From NCBI RefSeq assembly GCF_009914755.1, contig NC_060938.1: DNA of 64,000 bases; one strand, 5' to 3'. A program made the position numbers and the translations under genes. The first letter of the stretch is position 1; each line of letters opens with the position of its first letter. Positions 1 through 12,600 of the stretch are shown piece after piece. The notes under the pieces are model-generated. The model was not told the DNA's origin. It did no database searches and saw only the letters and a list, made by a program, of their open reading frames with translations. This stretch comes from the human T2T-CHM13v2.0 reference genome, Homo sapiens.

Positions 1-43
1 AAGTTTCTGAGAATGCTTCTGTCGAGATTTTATATGAAGATAT

Positions 44-60
44 TCTCGTTTACAACGAAA
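44..60 (-). other. Disrupted CENP-B box (CGGG to CGAG plus a second substitution)
   Basis: tctcgtttacaacgaaa versus canonical tcccgtttccaacgaaa. Confidence 0.9.
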
Positions 61-385
61 TCCTGAAATCTATCCAAATATCCCCTCGCAGATTCTACAA
101 AAAGAGTGTTTCAAAACTGCTCTGTAAAAAGAAAGGTTCAACTCTGTTAGTTGAGTACACACATCACAAACAAGTTTCACAGAATGCTTCTTTCTAGCTT
201 GTAGGGGAAGATATTCCCTTTATCACCATGGGCCTCCAACCGTCCGAAACATCCACTTCCATATACTACAAAAAGAGCGTTTCAAACCTGCTCTATGAAA
301 GGCAATGTTCAACTCTGTGACTTGAATGCAGACATCACAGAGCAGTTTCTGAGAATGCTTCTGTCTAGATTTTATAGGAAGATAT

Positions 386-402
386 TCCCGTTTCCAACGA
401 AA
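386..402 (-). other. CENP-B box, intact (repeated at this position in each HOR)
   Basis: + strand tcccgtttccaacgaaa = TTTCGTTGGAAACGGGA on minus strand, matching the nTTCGnnnnAnnCGGGn core. Confidence 0.97.
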
Positions 403-727
403 TCTTCACAGCTATCCAAATATCCACTTGCAGATTCTACAAAAAGAGTGTATCAAAACTGCTCTGTCAAAAGGAAGGTTCTTCTCTGTTAGGTGAGTGC
501 ATACGTCATAAAGGAGTTTCTGAGAATGTTTCTGTCTAGTGGTTATGGGAAGATATTTGCTTTTTCCCCGTAGGCCTCAGGGCGCTCCAAATGTCCACTT
601 GCACATGCTACAAAAAGAGTGCTTCAAAGCTGCTCTCTGAAAGGGAATGTTCAACTCTATGAGTTGAATGCAAACATCACAAAGACGTTTCTGAGAATGC
701 TTCTGTCTAGATTTGATATGAAGATAT

Positions 728-744
728 TCCCGTTTCCAACGAAA
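728..744 (-). other. CENP-B box, intact
   Basis: tcccgtttccaacgaaa, 342 bp after the previous box. Confidence 0.97.
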
Positions 745-898
745 TCTTCAAATCTATCCAAATGTCCACTTGCAGATTCAACAAAAAGTGTTTTTCAGAA
801 CTGCTCTATCAAAAGAAAGATCCACCTCTGTTAGCTGAGTTCAGACATCACAAACAAGTTTATGAGAATGCTTCTGTCTAGTTTTTATTTGAAGATAT

Positions 899-915
899 TT
901 CCTTTCTCACCATAG
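899..915 (+). other. pJalpha-like motif of an A-type monomer (representative)
   Basis: ttcctttctcaccatag at the position homologous to the CENP-B box (728+171), resembling TTCCTTTTYCACCRTAG; similar ttcccttttcaccgtag at 1237-1253. Confidence 0.75.
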
Positions 916-1065
916 ACCTGAAAGCTGTCCTAATGTTCACTTCCAGTTACTACAGAAAGAGTGTTTCAAAACTGCTGTACGAAAGGGAATGTTCAACTCT
1001 GTGACTTGAATGCACACATCACAAAGAAGTTTCTGAGGATGCTGCTGTCTACTTTTTATACGTAA

Positions 1066-1082
1066 TCCCGTTTCCAACGAAA
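1066..1082 (-). other. CENP-B box, intact, in the 4-bp-shorter dimer
   Basis: tcccgtttccaacgaaa preceded by actttttatacgtaa instead of agattttata(t/g)gaagatat. Confidence 0.97.
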
Positions 1083-1407
1083 TCCTTCAAGCTATCCAAA
1101 TATCCACTTGCAGATTCCACAGAAAGACTGTTTCAAAACTGCTCTGTCAATAGAAAGGTTCAACTCTGTTAGCTGCGTGCATATATCCCAAAGAAGATTC
1201 TGAGATTGCTTCTGTCTAGTTTTTATGGGAAGATATTTCCCTTTTCACCGTAGGCGTCCAGGCGCTCCAAATGTCCACTTCCAGATACTACAAAAAGAGT
1301 GTTTCAAACCTACTCTGTGAAAGGGAATATTCAACTCTGTGACTTGAATGCACATATCACAAGGAAGTTTCTGAGAATGCTTCTGTCGAGATTTTATATG
1401 AAGATAT

Positions 1408-1424
1408 TCCCGTTTCCAACGAAA
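1408..1424 (-). other. CENP-B box, intact
   Basis: tcccgtttccaacgaaa in the TaqI-site-bearing monomer of the second HOR. Confidence 0.97.
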
Positions 1425-4400
1425 TGCTGAAATGTATCCAAATATCCCCTCGCAGATTCTACAAAAAGAGTGTTTCAAAACTGCTCTGTAAAAAGAAAGG
1501 TTCAACTCTGTTAGTTGAGTACACACATCACAAACTAGTTTCACAGAATGCTTCTTTCTAGCTTGTAGGGGAAGATATTCCCTTTATCACCATGGGCCTC
1601 AAACCGTCCGAAAAGTCCACTTCCATATACTACAAAAAGAGCGTTTCAAACCTGCTCTATGAAAGGCAATGTTCAACTCTGTGACTTGAATGCAGACATC
1701 ACAGAGCAGTTTCTGAGAATGCTTCTGTCTAGATTTTATAGGAAGATATTCCCGTTTCCAACGAAATCTTCACAGCTATCCAAATATCCACTTGCAGATT
1801 CTACAAAAAGAGTGTATCAAAACTGCTCTGTCAAAAGGAAGGTTCTTTTCTGTTAGGTGAGTGCATACGTCATAAAGGAGTTTCTGAGAATGTTTCTGTC
1901 TAGTGGTTATGGGAAGATATTTGCTTTTTCACCGTAGGCCTCAGAGCGCTCCAAATATCCACTTGCACATACTACAAAAAGAGTGCCTCAAAGCTGCTCT
2001 CTGTAACGGAATGTTCAACTCTATGAGTTGAATGCAAACATCACAAAGACGTTTCTGAGAATGCTTCTGTCTAGATTTGATATGAAGATCTTCCCGTTTC
2101 CAACGAAATCTTCAAATCTATCCAAATGTCCACTTGCAGATTCAACAGAAAGTGTTTTTCAGAACTGCTCTATCAAAAGAAAGATCCACCTCTGTTAGCT
2201 GAGTTCAGACATCACAAACAAGTTTATGAGAATGCTTCTGTCTAGTTTTTATTTGAAGATATTTCCTTTCTCACCATAGACCTGAAAGCTGTCCTAATGT
2301 TCACTTCCAGTTACTACAGAAAGAGTGTTTCAAAACTGCTGTACGAAAGGGAATGTTCAACTCTGTGACTTGAATGCACACATCACAAAGAAGTTTCTGA
2401 GGATGCTGCTGTCTACTTTTTATACTTAATCCCGTTTCCAACGAAATCCTCCAAGCTATCCAAATATCCACTTGCAGATTCCACAGAAAGACTGTTTCAA
2501 AACTGCTCTGTCAATAGAAAGGTTCAACTCTGTTAGCTGCGTGCATATATCCCAAAGAAGATTCTGAGATTGCTTCTGTCTAGTTTTTATGGGAAGATAT
2601 TTCCCTTTTCACCGTAGGCGTCAAGGCGCTCCAAATGTCCACTTCCAGATACTACAAAAAGAGTGTTTCAAACCTACTCTGTGAAAGGGAATATTCAACT
2701 CTGTGACTTGAATGCACATATCACAAGGAAGTTTCTGAGAATGCTTCTGTCGAGATTTTATATGAAGATATTCCCGTTTCCAACGAAATCCTGAAATCTA
2801 TCCAAATATCCCCTCGCAGATTCTACAAAAAGAGTGTTTCAAAACTGTTCTGTAAAAAGAAAGGTTCAACTCTGTTAGTTGAGTACACACATCACAAACA
2901 AGTTTCACAGAATGCTTCTTTCTAGCTTGTAGGGGAAGATATTCCCTTTATCACCATGGGCCTCAAACCGTCCGATAAGTCCACTTCCATATACTACAAA
3001 AAGAGCGTTTCAAACCTGCTCTATGAAAGGCAATGTTCAACTCTGTGACTTGAATGCAGACATCACAGAGCAGTTTCTGAGAATGCTTCTGTCTAGATTT
3101 TATAGGAAGATATTCCCGTTTCCAACGAAATCTTCACAGCTATCCAAATATCCACTTGCAGATTCTACCAAAAGAGTGTATCAAAACTGCTCTGTCAAAA
3201 GGAAGGTTCTTTTCTGTTAGGTGAGTGCATACGTCATAAAGGAGTTTCTGAGAATGTTTCTGTCTAGTGGTTATGGGAAGATATTTGCTTTTTCACCGTA
3301 GGCCTCAGAGCGCTCCAAATATCCACTTGCACATACTACAAAAAGAGTGCCTCAAAGCTGCTCTCTGAAACGGAATGTTCAACTCTATGAGTTGAATGCA
3401 AACATCGCAAAGACGTTTCTGAGAATGCTTCTGTCTAGATTTGATATGAAGATATTCCCGTTTCCAACGAAATCTTCAAATCTATCCAAATGTCCACTTG
3501 CAGATTCAACAAAAAGTGTTTTTCAGAACTGCTCTATCAAAAGAAAGATCCACCTCTGTTAGCTGAGTTCACACATCACAAACAAGTTTATGAGAATGCT
3601 TCTGTCTAGTTTTTATTTGAAGATATTTCCTTTCTCACCATAGAGCTGAAAGCTGTCCTAATGTTCACTTCCAGATACTACAGAAAGAGTGTTTCAAAAC
3701 TGCTGTACGAAAGGGAATGTTCAACTCTGTGACTTGAATGCACACATCACAAAGAAGTTTCTGAGGATGCTGCTGTCTACTTTTTATACGTAATCCCGTT
3801 TCCAACGAAATCCTCCAAGCTATCCAAATATCCACTTGCAGATTCCACAGAAAGACTGTTTCAAAACTGCTCTGTCAATAGAAAGGTTCAACTCTGTTAG
3901 CTGCGTGCATATATCCCAAAGAAGATTCTGAGATTGCTTCTGTCTAGTTTTTATGGGAAGATATTTCCCTTTTCACCGTAGGTGTCAAGGCGCTCCAAAT
4001 GTCCACTTCCAGATACTACAAAAAGAGTGTTTCAAACCTACTCTGTGAAAGGGAATATTCAACTCTGTGACTCGAATGCACATATCACAAAGAAGTTTCT
4101 GAGAATGCTTCTGTCGAGATTTTATATGAAGATATTCCCGTTTCCAACGAAATGCTGAAATCTATCCAAATATCCCCTCGCAGATTCTACAAAAAGAGTG
4201 TTTCAAAACTGCTCTGTGAAAAGAAAGGTTCAACTCTGTTAGTTGAGTACACACATCACAAACAAGTTTCACAGAATGCTTCTTTCTAGCTTGTAGGGGA
4301 AGATATTCCCTTTATCACCATGGGCCTCAAACCGTCCGAAAAGTCCACTTCCATATACTACAAAAAGAGCGTTTCAAACCTGCTCTATGAAAGGCAATGT

Positions 4401-5499
4401 TCAACTCTGTGACTTGAATGCAGACATCACAGAGCAGTTTCTGAGAATGCTTCTGTCTAGATTTTATAGGAAGATATTCCCGTTTCCAACGAAATCTTCA
4501 CAGCTATCCAAATATCCACTTGCAGATTCTACAAAAAGAGTGTATCAAAACTGCTCTGTCAAAAGGAAGGTTCTTTTCTGTTAGGTGAGTGCATACGTCA
4601 TAAAGGAGTTTCTGAGAATGTTTCTGTCTAGTGGTTATGGGAAGATATTTGCTTTTTCACCGTAGGCCTCAGAGCGCTCCAAATATCCACTTGCACATAC
4701 TACAAAAAGAGTGCCTCAAAGCTGCTCTCTGAAACGGAATGTGCAACTCTATGAGTTGAATGCAAACATCGCAAAGACGTTTCTGAGAATGCTTCTGTCT
4801 AGATTTGATATGAAGATATTCCCGTTTCCAACGAAATCTTCAAATCTATCCAAATGTCCACTTGCAGATTCAACAAAAAGTGTTTTTCAGAACTGCTCTA
4901 TCAAAAGAAAGATCCACCTCTGTTAGCTGAGTTCACACATCACAAACAAGTTTATGAGAATGCTTCTGTCTAGTTTTTATTTGAAGATATTTCCTTTCTC
5001 ACCATAGAGCTGAAAGCTGTCCTAATGTTCACTTCCAGATACTACAGAAAGAGTGTTTCAAAACTGCTGTACGAAAGGGAATGTTCAACTCTGTGACTTG
5101 AATGCACACATCACAAAGAAGTTTCTGAGGATGCTGCTGTCTACTTTTTATACGTAATCCCGTTTCCAACGAAATCCTCCAAGCTATCCAAATATCCACT
5201 TGCAGATTCCACAGAAAGACTGTTTCAAAACTGCTCTGTCAATAGAAAGGTTCAACTCTGTTAGCTGCGTGCATATATCCCAAAGAAGATTCTGAGATTG
5301 CTTCTGTCTAGTTTTTATGGGAAGATATTTCCCTTTTCACCGTAGGTGTCAAGGCGCTCCAAATGTCCACTTCCAGATACTACAAAAAGAGTGTTTCTAA
5401 CCTACTCTGTGAAAGGGAATATTCAACTCTGTGACTTGAATGCACATATCACAAAGATGTTTCTGAGAATGCTTCTGTCGAGATTTTATATGAAGATAT

Positions 5500-5516
5500 T
5501 CTCGTTTACAACGAAA
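5500..5516 (-). other. Disrupted CENP-B box (same double variant as 44-60)
   Basis: tctcgtttacaacgaaa, exactly 5456 bp (4 HORs) after the first copy. Confidence 0.9.
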
Positions 5517-8500
5517 TCCTGAAATCTATCCAAATATCCCCTCGCAGATTCTACAAAAAGAGTGTTTCAAAACTGCTCTGTAAAAAGAAAGGTTCAACTC
5601 TGTTAGTTGAGTACACACATCACAAACAAGTTTCACAGAATGCTTCTTTCTAGCTTGTAGGGGAAGATATTCCCTTTATCACCATGGGCCTCCAACCGTC
5701 CGAAACATCCACTTCCATATACTACAAAAAGAGCGTTTCAAACCTGCTCTATGAAAGGCAATGTTCAACTCTGTGACTTGAATGCAGACATCACAGAGCA
5801 GTTTCTGAGAATGCTTCTGTCTAGATTTTATAGGAAGATATTCCCGTTTCCAACGAAATCTTCACAGCTATCCAAATATCCACTTGCAGATTCTACAAAA
5901 AGAGTGTATCAAAACTGCTCTGTCAAAAGGAAGGTTCTTCTCTGTTAGGTGAGTGCATACGTCATAAAGGAGTTTCTGAGAATGTTTCTGTCTAGTGGTT
6001 ATGGGAAGATATTTGCTTTTTCCCCGTAGGCCTCAGGGCGCTCCAAATGTCCACTTGCACATGCTACAAAAAGAGTGCTTCAAAGCTGCTCTCTGAAAGG
6101 GAATGTTCAACTCTATGAGTTGAATGCAAACATCACAAAGACGTTTCTGAGAATGCTTCTGTCTAGATTTGATATGAAGATATTCCCGTTTCCAACGAAA
6201 TCTTCAAATCTATCCAAATGTCCACTTGCAGATTCAACAAAAAGTGTTTTTCAGAACTGCTCTATCAAAAGGAAGATCCACCTCTGTTAGCTGAGTTCAG
6301 ACATCACAAACAAGTTTATGAGAATGCTTCTGTCTAGTTTTTATTTGAAGATATTTCCTTTCTCACCATAGACCTGAAAGCTGTCCTAATGTTCACTTCC
6401 AGTTACTACAGAAAGAGTGTTTCAAAACTGCTGTACGAAAGGGAATGTTCAACTCTGTGACTTGAATGCACACATCACAAAGAAGTTTCTGAGGATGCTG
6501 CTGTCTACTTTTTATACTTAATCCCGTTTCCAACGAAATCCTTCAAGCTATCCAAATATCCACTTGCAGATTCCACAGAAAGACTGTTTCAAAACTGCTC
6601 TGTCAATAGAAAGGTTCAACTCTGTTAGCTGCGTGCATATATCCCAAAGAAGATTCTGAGATTGCTTCTGTCTAGTTTTTATGGGAAGATATTTCCCTTT
6701 TCACCGTAGGCGTCCAGGCGCTCCAAATGTCCACTTCCAGATACTACAAAAAGAGTGTTTCAAACCTACTCTGTGAAAGGGAATATTCAACTCTGTGACT
6801 TGAATGCACATAACACAAGGAAGTTTCTGAGAATGCTTCTGTCGAGATTTTATATGAAGATATTCCCGTTTCCAACGAAATGCTGAAATGTATCCAAATA
6901 ACCCCTCGCAGATTCTACAAAAAGAGTGTTTCAAAACTGCTCTGTAAAAAGAAAGGTTCAACTCTGTTAGTTGAGTACACACATCACAAACTAGTTTCAC
7001 AGAATGCTTCTTTCTAGCTTGTAGGGGAAGATATTCCCTTTATCACCATGGGCCTCAAACCGTCCGAAAAGTCCACTTCCATATACTACAAAAAGAGCGT
7101 TTCAAACCTGCTCTATGAAAGGCAATGTTCAACTCTGTGACTTGAATGCAGACGTCACAGAGCAGTTTCTGAGAATGCTTCTGTCTAGATTTTATAGGAA
7201 GATATTCCCGTTTCCAACGAAATCTTCACAGCTATCCAAATATCCACTTGCAGATTCTACAAAAAGAGTGTATCAAAACTGCTCTGTCAAAAGGAAGGTT
7301 CTTTTCTGTTAGGTGAGTGCATACGTCATAAAGGAGTTTCTGAGAATGTTTCTGTCTAGTGGTTATGGGAAGATATTTGCTTTTTCACCGTAGGCCTCAG
7401 AGCGCTCCAAATATCCACTTGCACATACTACAAAAAGAGTGCCTCAAAGCTGCTCTCTGAAACGGAATGTTCAACTCTATGAGTTGAATGCAAACATCAC
7501 AAAGACGTTTCTGAGAATGCTTCTGTCTAGATTTGATATGAAGATATTCCCGTTTCCAACGAAATCTTCAAATCTATCCTAATGTCCACTTGCAGATTCA
7601 ACAAAAAGTGTTTTTCAGAACTGCTCTATCAAAAGAAAGATCCACCTCTGTTAGCTGAGTTCAGACATCACAAACAAGTTTATGAGAATGCTTCTGTCTA
7701 GTTTTTATTTGAAGATATTTCCTTTCTCACCATAGACCTGAAAGCTGTCCTAATGTTCACTTCCAGTTACTACAGAAAGAGTGTTTCAAAACTGCTGTAC
7801 GAAAGGGAATGTTCAACTCTGTGACTTGAATGCACACATCACAAAGAAGTTTCTGAGGATGCTGCTGTCTACTTTTTATACTTAATCCCGTTTCCAACGA
7901 AATCCTCCAAGCTATCCAAATATCCACTTGCAGATTCCACAGAAAGACTGTTTCAAAACTGCTCTGTCAATAGAAAGGTTCAACTCTGTTAGCTGCGTGC
8001 ATATATCCCAAAGAAGATTCTGAGATTGCTTCTGTCTAGTTTTTATGGGAAGATATTTCCCTTTTCACCGTAGGCGTCAAGGCGCTCCAAATGTCCACTT
8101 CCAGATACTACAAAAAGAGTGTTTCAAACCTACTCTGTGAAAGGGAATATTCAACTCTGTGACTTGAATGCACATATCACAAGGAAGTTTCTGAGAATGC
8201 TTCTGTCGAGATTTTATATGAAGATATTCCCGTTTCCAACGAAATCCTGAAATCTATCCAAATATCCCCTCGCAGATTCTACAAAAAGAGTGTTTCAAAA
8301 CTGCTCTGTAAAAAGAAAGGTTCAACTCTGTTAGTTGAGTACACACATCACCAACAAGTTTCACAGAATGCTTCTTTCTAGCTTGTAGGGGAAGATATTC
8401 CCTTTATCACCATGGGCCTCCAACCGTCCGATAAGTCCACTTCCATATACTACAAAAAGAGCGTTTCAAACCTGCTCTATGAAAGGCAATGTTCAACTCT

Positions 8501-9591
8501 GTGACTTGAATGCAGACATCACAGAGCAGTTTCTGAGAATGCTTCTGTCTAGATTTTATAGGAAGATATTCCCGTTTCCAACGAAATCTTCACAGCTATC
8601 CAAATATCCACTTGCAGATTCTACAAAAAGAGTGTATCAAAACTGCTCTGTCAAAAGGAAGGTTCTTTTCTGTTAGGTGAGTGCATACGTCATAAAGGAG
8701 TTTCTGAGAATGTTTCTGTCTAGTGGTTATGGGAAGATATTTGCTTTTTCACCGTAGGCCTCAGAGCGCTCCAAATATCCACTTGCACATACTACAAAAA
8801 GAGTGCCTCAAAGCTGCTCTCTGAAACGGAATGTTCAACTCTATGAGTTGAATGCAAACATCGCAAAGACGTTTCTGAGAATGCTTCTGTCTAGATTTGA
8901 TATGAAGATATTCCCGTTTCCAACGAAATCTTCAAATCTATCCAAATGTCCACTTGCAGATTCAACAAAAAGTGTTTTTCAGAACTGCTCTATCAAAAGA
9001 AAGATCCACCTCTGTTAGCTGAGTTCACACATCACAAACAAGTTTATGAGAATGCTTCTGTCTAGTTTTTATTTGAAGATATTTCCTTTCTCACCATAGA
9101 GCTGAAAGCTGTCCTAATGTTCACTTCCAGATACTACAGAAAGAGTGTTTCAAAACTGCTGTACGAAAGGGAATGTTCAACTCTGTGACTTGAATGCACA
9201 CATCACAAAGAAGTTTCTGAGGATGCTGCTGTCTACTTTTTATACGTAATCCCGTTTCCAACGAAATCCTCCAAGCTATCCAAATATCCACTTGCAGATT
9301 CCACAGAAAGACTGTTTCAAAACTGCTCTGTCAATAGAAAGGTTCAACTCTGTTAGCTGCGTGCATATATCCCAAAGAAGATTCTGAGATTGCTTCTGTC
9401 TAGTTTTTATGGGAAGATATTTCCCTTTTCACCGTAGGTGTCAAGGCGCTCCAAATGTCCACTTCCAGATACTACAAAAAGAGTGTTTCCAACCTACTCT
9501 GTGAAAGGGAATATTCAACTCTGTGACTTGAATGCACATATCACAAAGAAGTTTCTGAGAATGCTTCTGTCGAGATTTTATATGAAGATAT

Positions 9592-9608
9592 TCCCGTTTC
9601 CAACAAAA
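9592..9608 (-). other. Disrupted CENP-B box (TTCG to TTTG)
   Basis: tcccgtttccaacaaaa; CpG transition in an essential position. Confidence 0.9.
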
Positions 9609-12600
9609 TCCTGAAATGTATCCAAATATCCCCTCGCAGATTGTACAAAAAGAGTGTTTCAAAACTGCTCTGTAAAAAGAAAGGTTCAACTCTGTTAGTT
9701 GAGTACACACATCACAAATAAGTTTCACACAATGCTTCTTTCTAGCTTGTAGGGGAAGATATTCCCTTTATCACCATGGGCCTCAAACCGTCTGAAACGT
9801 CCACTTCCATATACTACAAAAAGAGCATTTCAAACCTGCTCTATGAAAGGCAATGTTCAACTCTGTGACTTGAATGCAGACATCACAGAGCAGTTTCTGA
9901 GAATGCTTCTGTCTAGATTTTATAGGAAGATATTCCCGTTTCCAACGAAATCTTCACAGCTATCCAAATATCCACTTGCAGATTCTACAAAAAGAGTGTA
10001 TCAAAACTGCTCTGTCAAAAGGAAGGTTCTTCTCTGTTAGGTGAGTGCATACGTCATAAAGGAGTTTCTGAGAATGTTTCTGTCTAGTGGTTATGGGAAG
10101 ATATTTGCTTTTTCCCCGTAGGCCTCAGGGCGCTCCAAATGTCCACTTGCACATGCTACAAAAAGAGTGCTTCAAAGCTGCTCTCTGAAAGGGAATGTTC
10201 AACTCTATGAGTTGAATGCAAACATCACAAAGACGTTTCTGAGAATGCTTCTGTCTAGATTTGATATGAAGATATTCCCGTTTCCAACGAAATCTTCAAA
10301 TCTATCCAAATGTCCACTTGCAGATTCAACAAAAAGTGTTTTTCAGAACTGCTCTATCAAAAGAAAGATCCACCTCTGTTAGCTGAGTTCAGACATCACA
10401 AACAAGTTTATGAGAATGCTTCTGTCTAGTTTTTATTTGAAGATATTTCCTTTCTCACCATAGACCTGAAAGCTGTCCTAATGTTCACTTCCAGTTACTA
10501 CAGAAAGAGTGTTTCAAAACTGCTGTACGAAAGGGAATGTTCAACTCTGTGACTTGAATGCACACATCACAAAGAAGTTTCTGAGGATGCTGCTGTCTAC
10601 TTTTTATACGTAATCCCGTTTCCAACGAAATCCTCCAAGCTATCCAAATATCCACTTGCAGATTCCACAGAAAGACTGTTTCAAAACTGCTCTGTCAATA
10701 GAAAGGTTCAACTCTGTTAGCTGCGTGCATATATCCCAAAGAAGATTCTGAGATTGCTTCTGTCTAGTTTTTATGGGAAGATATTTCCCTTTTCACCGTA
10801 GGCGTCCAGGCGCTCCAAATGTCCACTTCCAGATACTACAAAAAGAGTGTTTCAAACCTACTCTGTGAAAGGGAATATTCAACTCTGTGACTTGAATGCA
10901 CATATCACAAGGAAGTTTCTGAGAATGCTTCTGTCGAGATTTTATATGAAGATATTCCCGTTTCCAACGAAATCCTGAAATCTATCCAAATATCCCCTCG
11001 CAGATTCTACAAAAAGAGTGTTTCAAAACTGCTCTGTAAAAAGGAAGGTTCAACTCTGTTAGTTGAGTACACACATCACAAACAAGTTTCACAGAATGCT
11101 TCTTTCTAGCTTGTAGGGGAAGATATTCCCTTTATCACCATGGGCCTCCAACCGTCCGATAATTCCACTTCCATATACTACAAAAAGAGCGTTTCAAACC
11201 TGCTCTATGAAAGGCAATGTTCAACTCTGTGACTTGAATGCAGACATCACAGAGCAGTTTCTGAGAATGCTTCTGTCTAGATTTTATAGGAAGATATTCC
11301 CGTTTCCAACGAAATCTTCACAGCTATCCAAATATCCACTTGCAGATTCTACAAAAAGAGTGTATCAAAACTGCTCTGTCAAAAGGAAGGTTCTTCTCTG
11401 TTAGGTGAGTGCATACGTCATAAAGGAGTTTCTGAGAATGTTTCTGTCTAGTGGTTATGGGAAGATATTTGCTTTTTCCCCGTAGGCCTCAGGGCGCTCC
11501 AAATGTCCACTTGCACATGCTGCAAAAAGAGTGCTTCAAAGCTGCTCTCTGAAAGGGAATGTTCAACTCTATGAGTTGAATGCAAACATCACAAAGACGT
11601 TTCTGAGAATGCTTCTGTCTAGATTTGATATGAAGATATTCCCGTTTCCAACGAAATCTTCAAATCTATCCAAATGTCCACTTGCAGATTCAACAAAAAG
11701 TGTTTTTCAGAACTGCTCTATCAAAAGGAAGATCCACCTCTGTTAGCTGAGTTCAGACATCACAAACAAGTTTATGAGAATGCTTCTGTCTAGTTTTTAT
11801 TTGAAGATATTTCCTTTCTCACCATAGACCTGAAAGCTGTCCTAATGTTCACTTCCAGTTACTACAGAAAGAGTGTTTCAAAACTGCTGTACGAAAGGGA
11901 ATGTTCAACTCTGTGACTTGAATGCACACATCACAAAGAAGTTTCTGAGGATGCTGCTGTCTACTTTTTATACTTAATCCCGTTTCCAACGAAATCCTTC
12001 AAGCTATCCAAATATCCACTTGCAGATTCCACAGAAAGACTGTTTCAAAACTGCTCTGTCAATAGAAAGGTTCAACTCTGTTAGCTGCGTGCATATATCC
12101 CAAAGAAGATTCTGAGATTGCTTCTGTCTAGTTTTTATGGGAAGATATTTCCCTTTTCACCGTAGGCGTCCAGGCGCTCCAAATGTCCACTTCCAGATAC
12201 TACAAAAAGAGTGTTTCAAACCTACTCTGTGAAAGGGAATATTCAACTCTGTGACTTGAATGCACATAACACAAGGAAGTTTCTGAGAATGCTTCTGTCG
12301 AGATTTTATATGAAGATATTCCCGTTTCCAACGAAATGCTGAAATGTATCCAAATAACCCCTCGCAGATTCTACAAAAAGAGTGTTTCAAAACTGCTCTG
12401 TAAAAAGAAAGGTTCAACTCTGTTAGTTGAGTACACACATCACAAACTAGTTTCACAGAATGCTTCTTTCTAGCTTGTAGGGGAAGATATTCCCTTTATC
12501 ACCATGGGCCTCAAACCGTCCGAAATGTCCACTTCCATATACTACAAAAAGAGCGTTTCAAACCTGCTCTATGAAAGGCAATGTTCAACTCTGTGACTTG

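Larger units (their letters stand above)
1..1364 (-). repeat. Representative single HOR unit (8 monomers = dimers of 342+342+338+342 bp)
   Basis: CENP-B box positions start at 44, 386, 728, 1066 and 1408, giving spacings 342/342/338/342 that sum to 1364. Confidence 0.97.

Noticed and set aside
488-500. Splice-donor-like aggtgagt in each HOR
   Set aside because: Short chance match within satellite, with no exon structure or transcript evidence available from the sequence.
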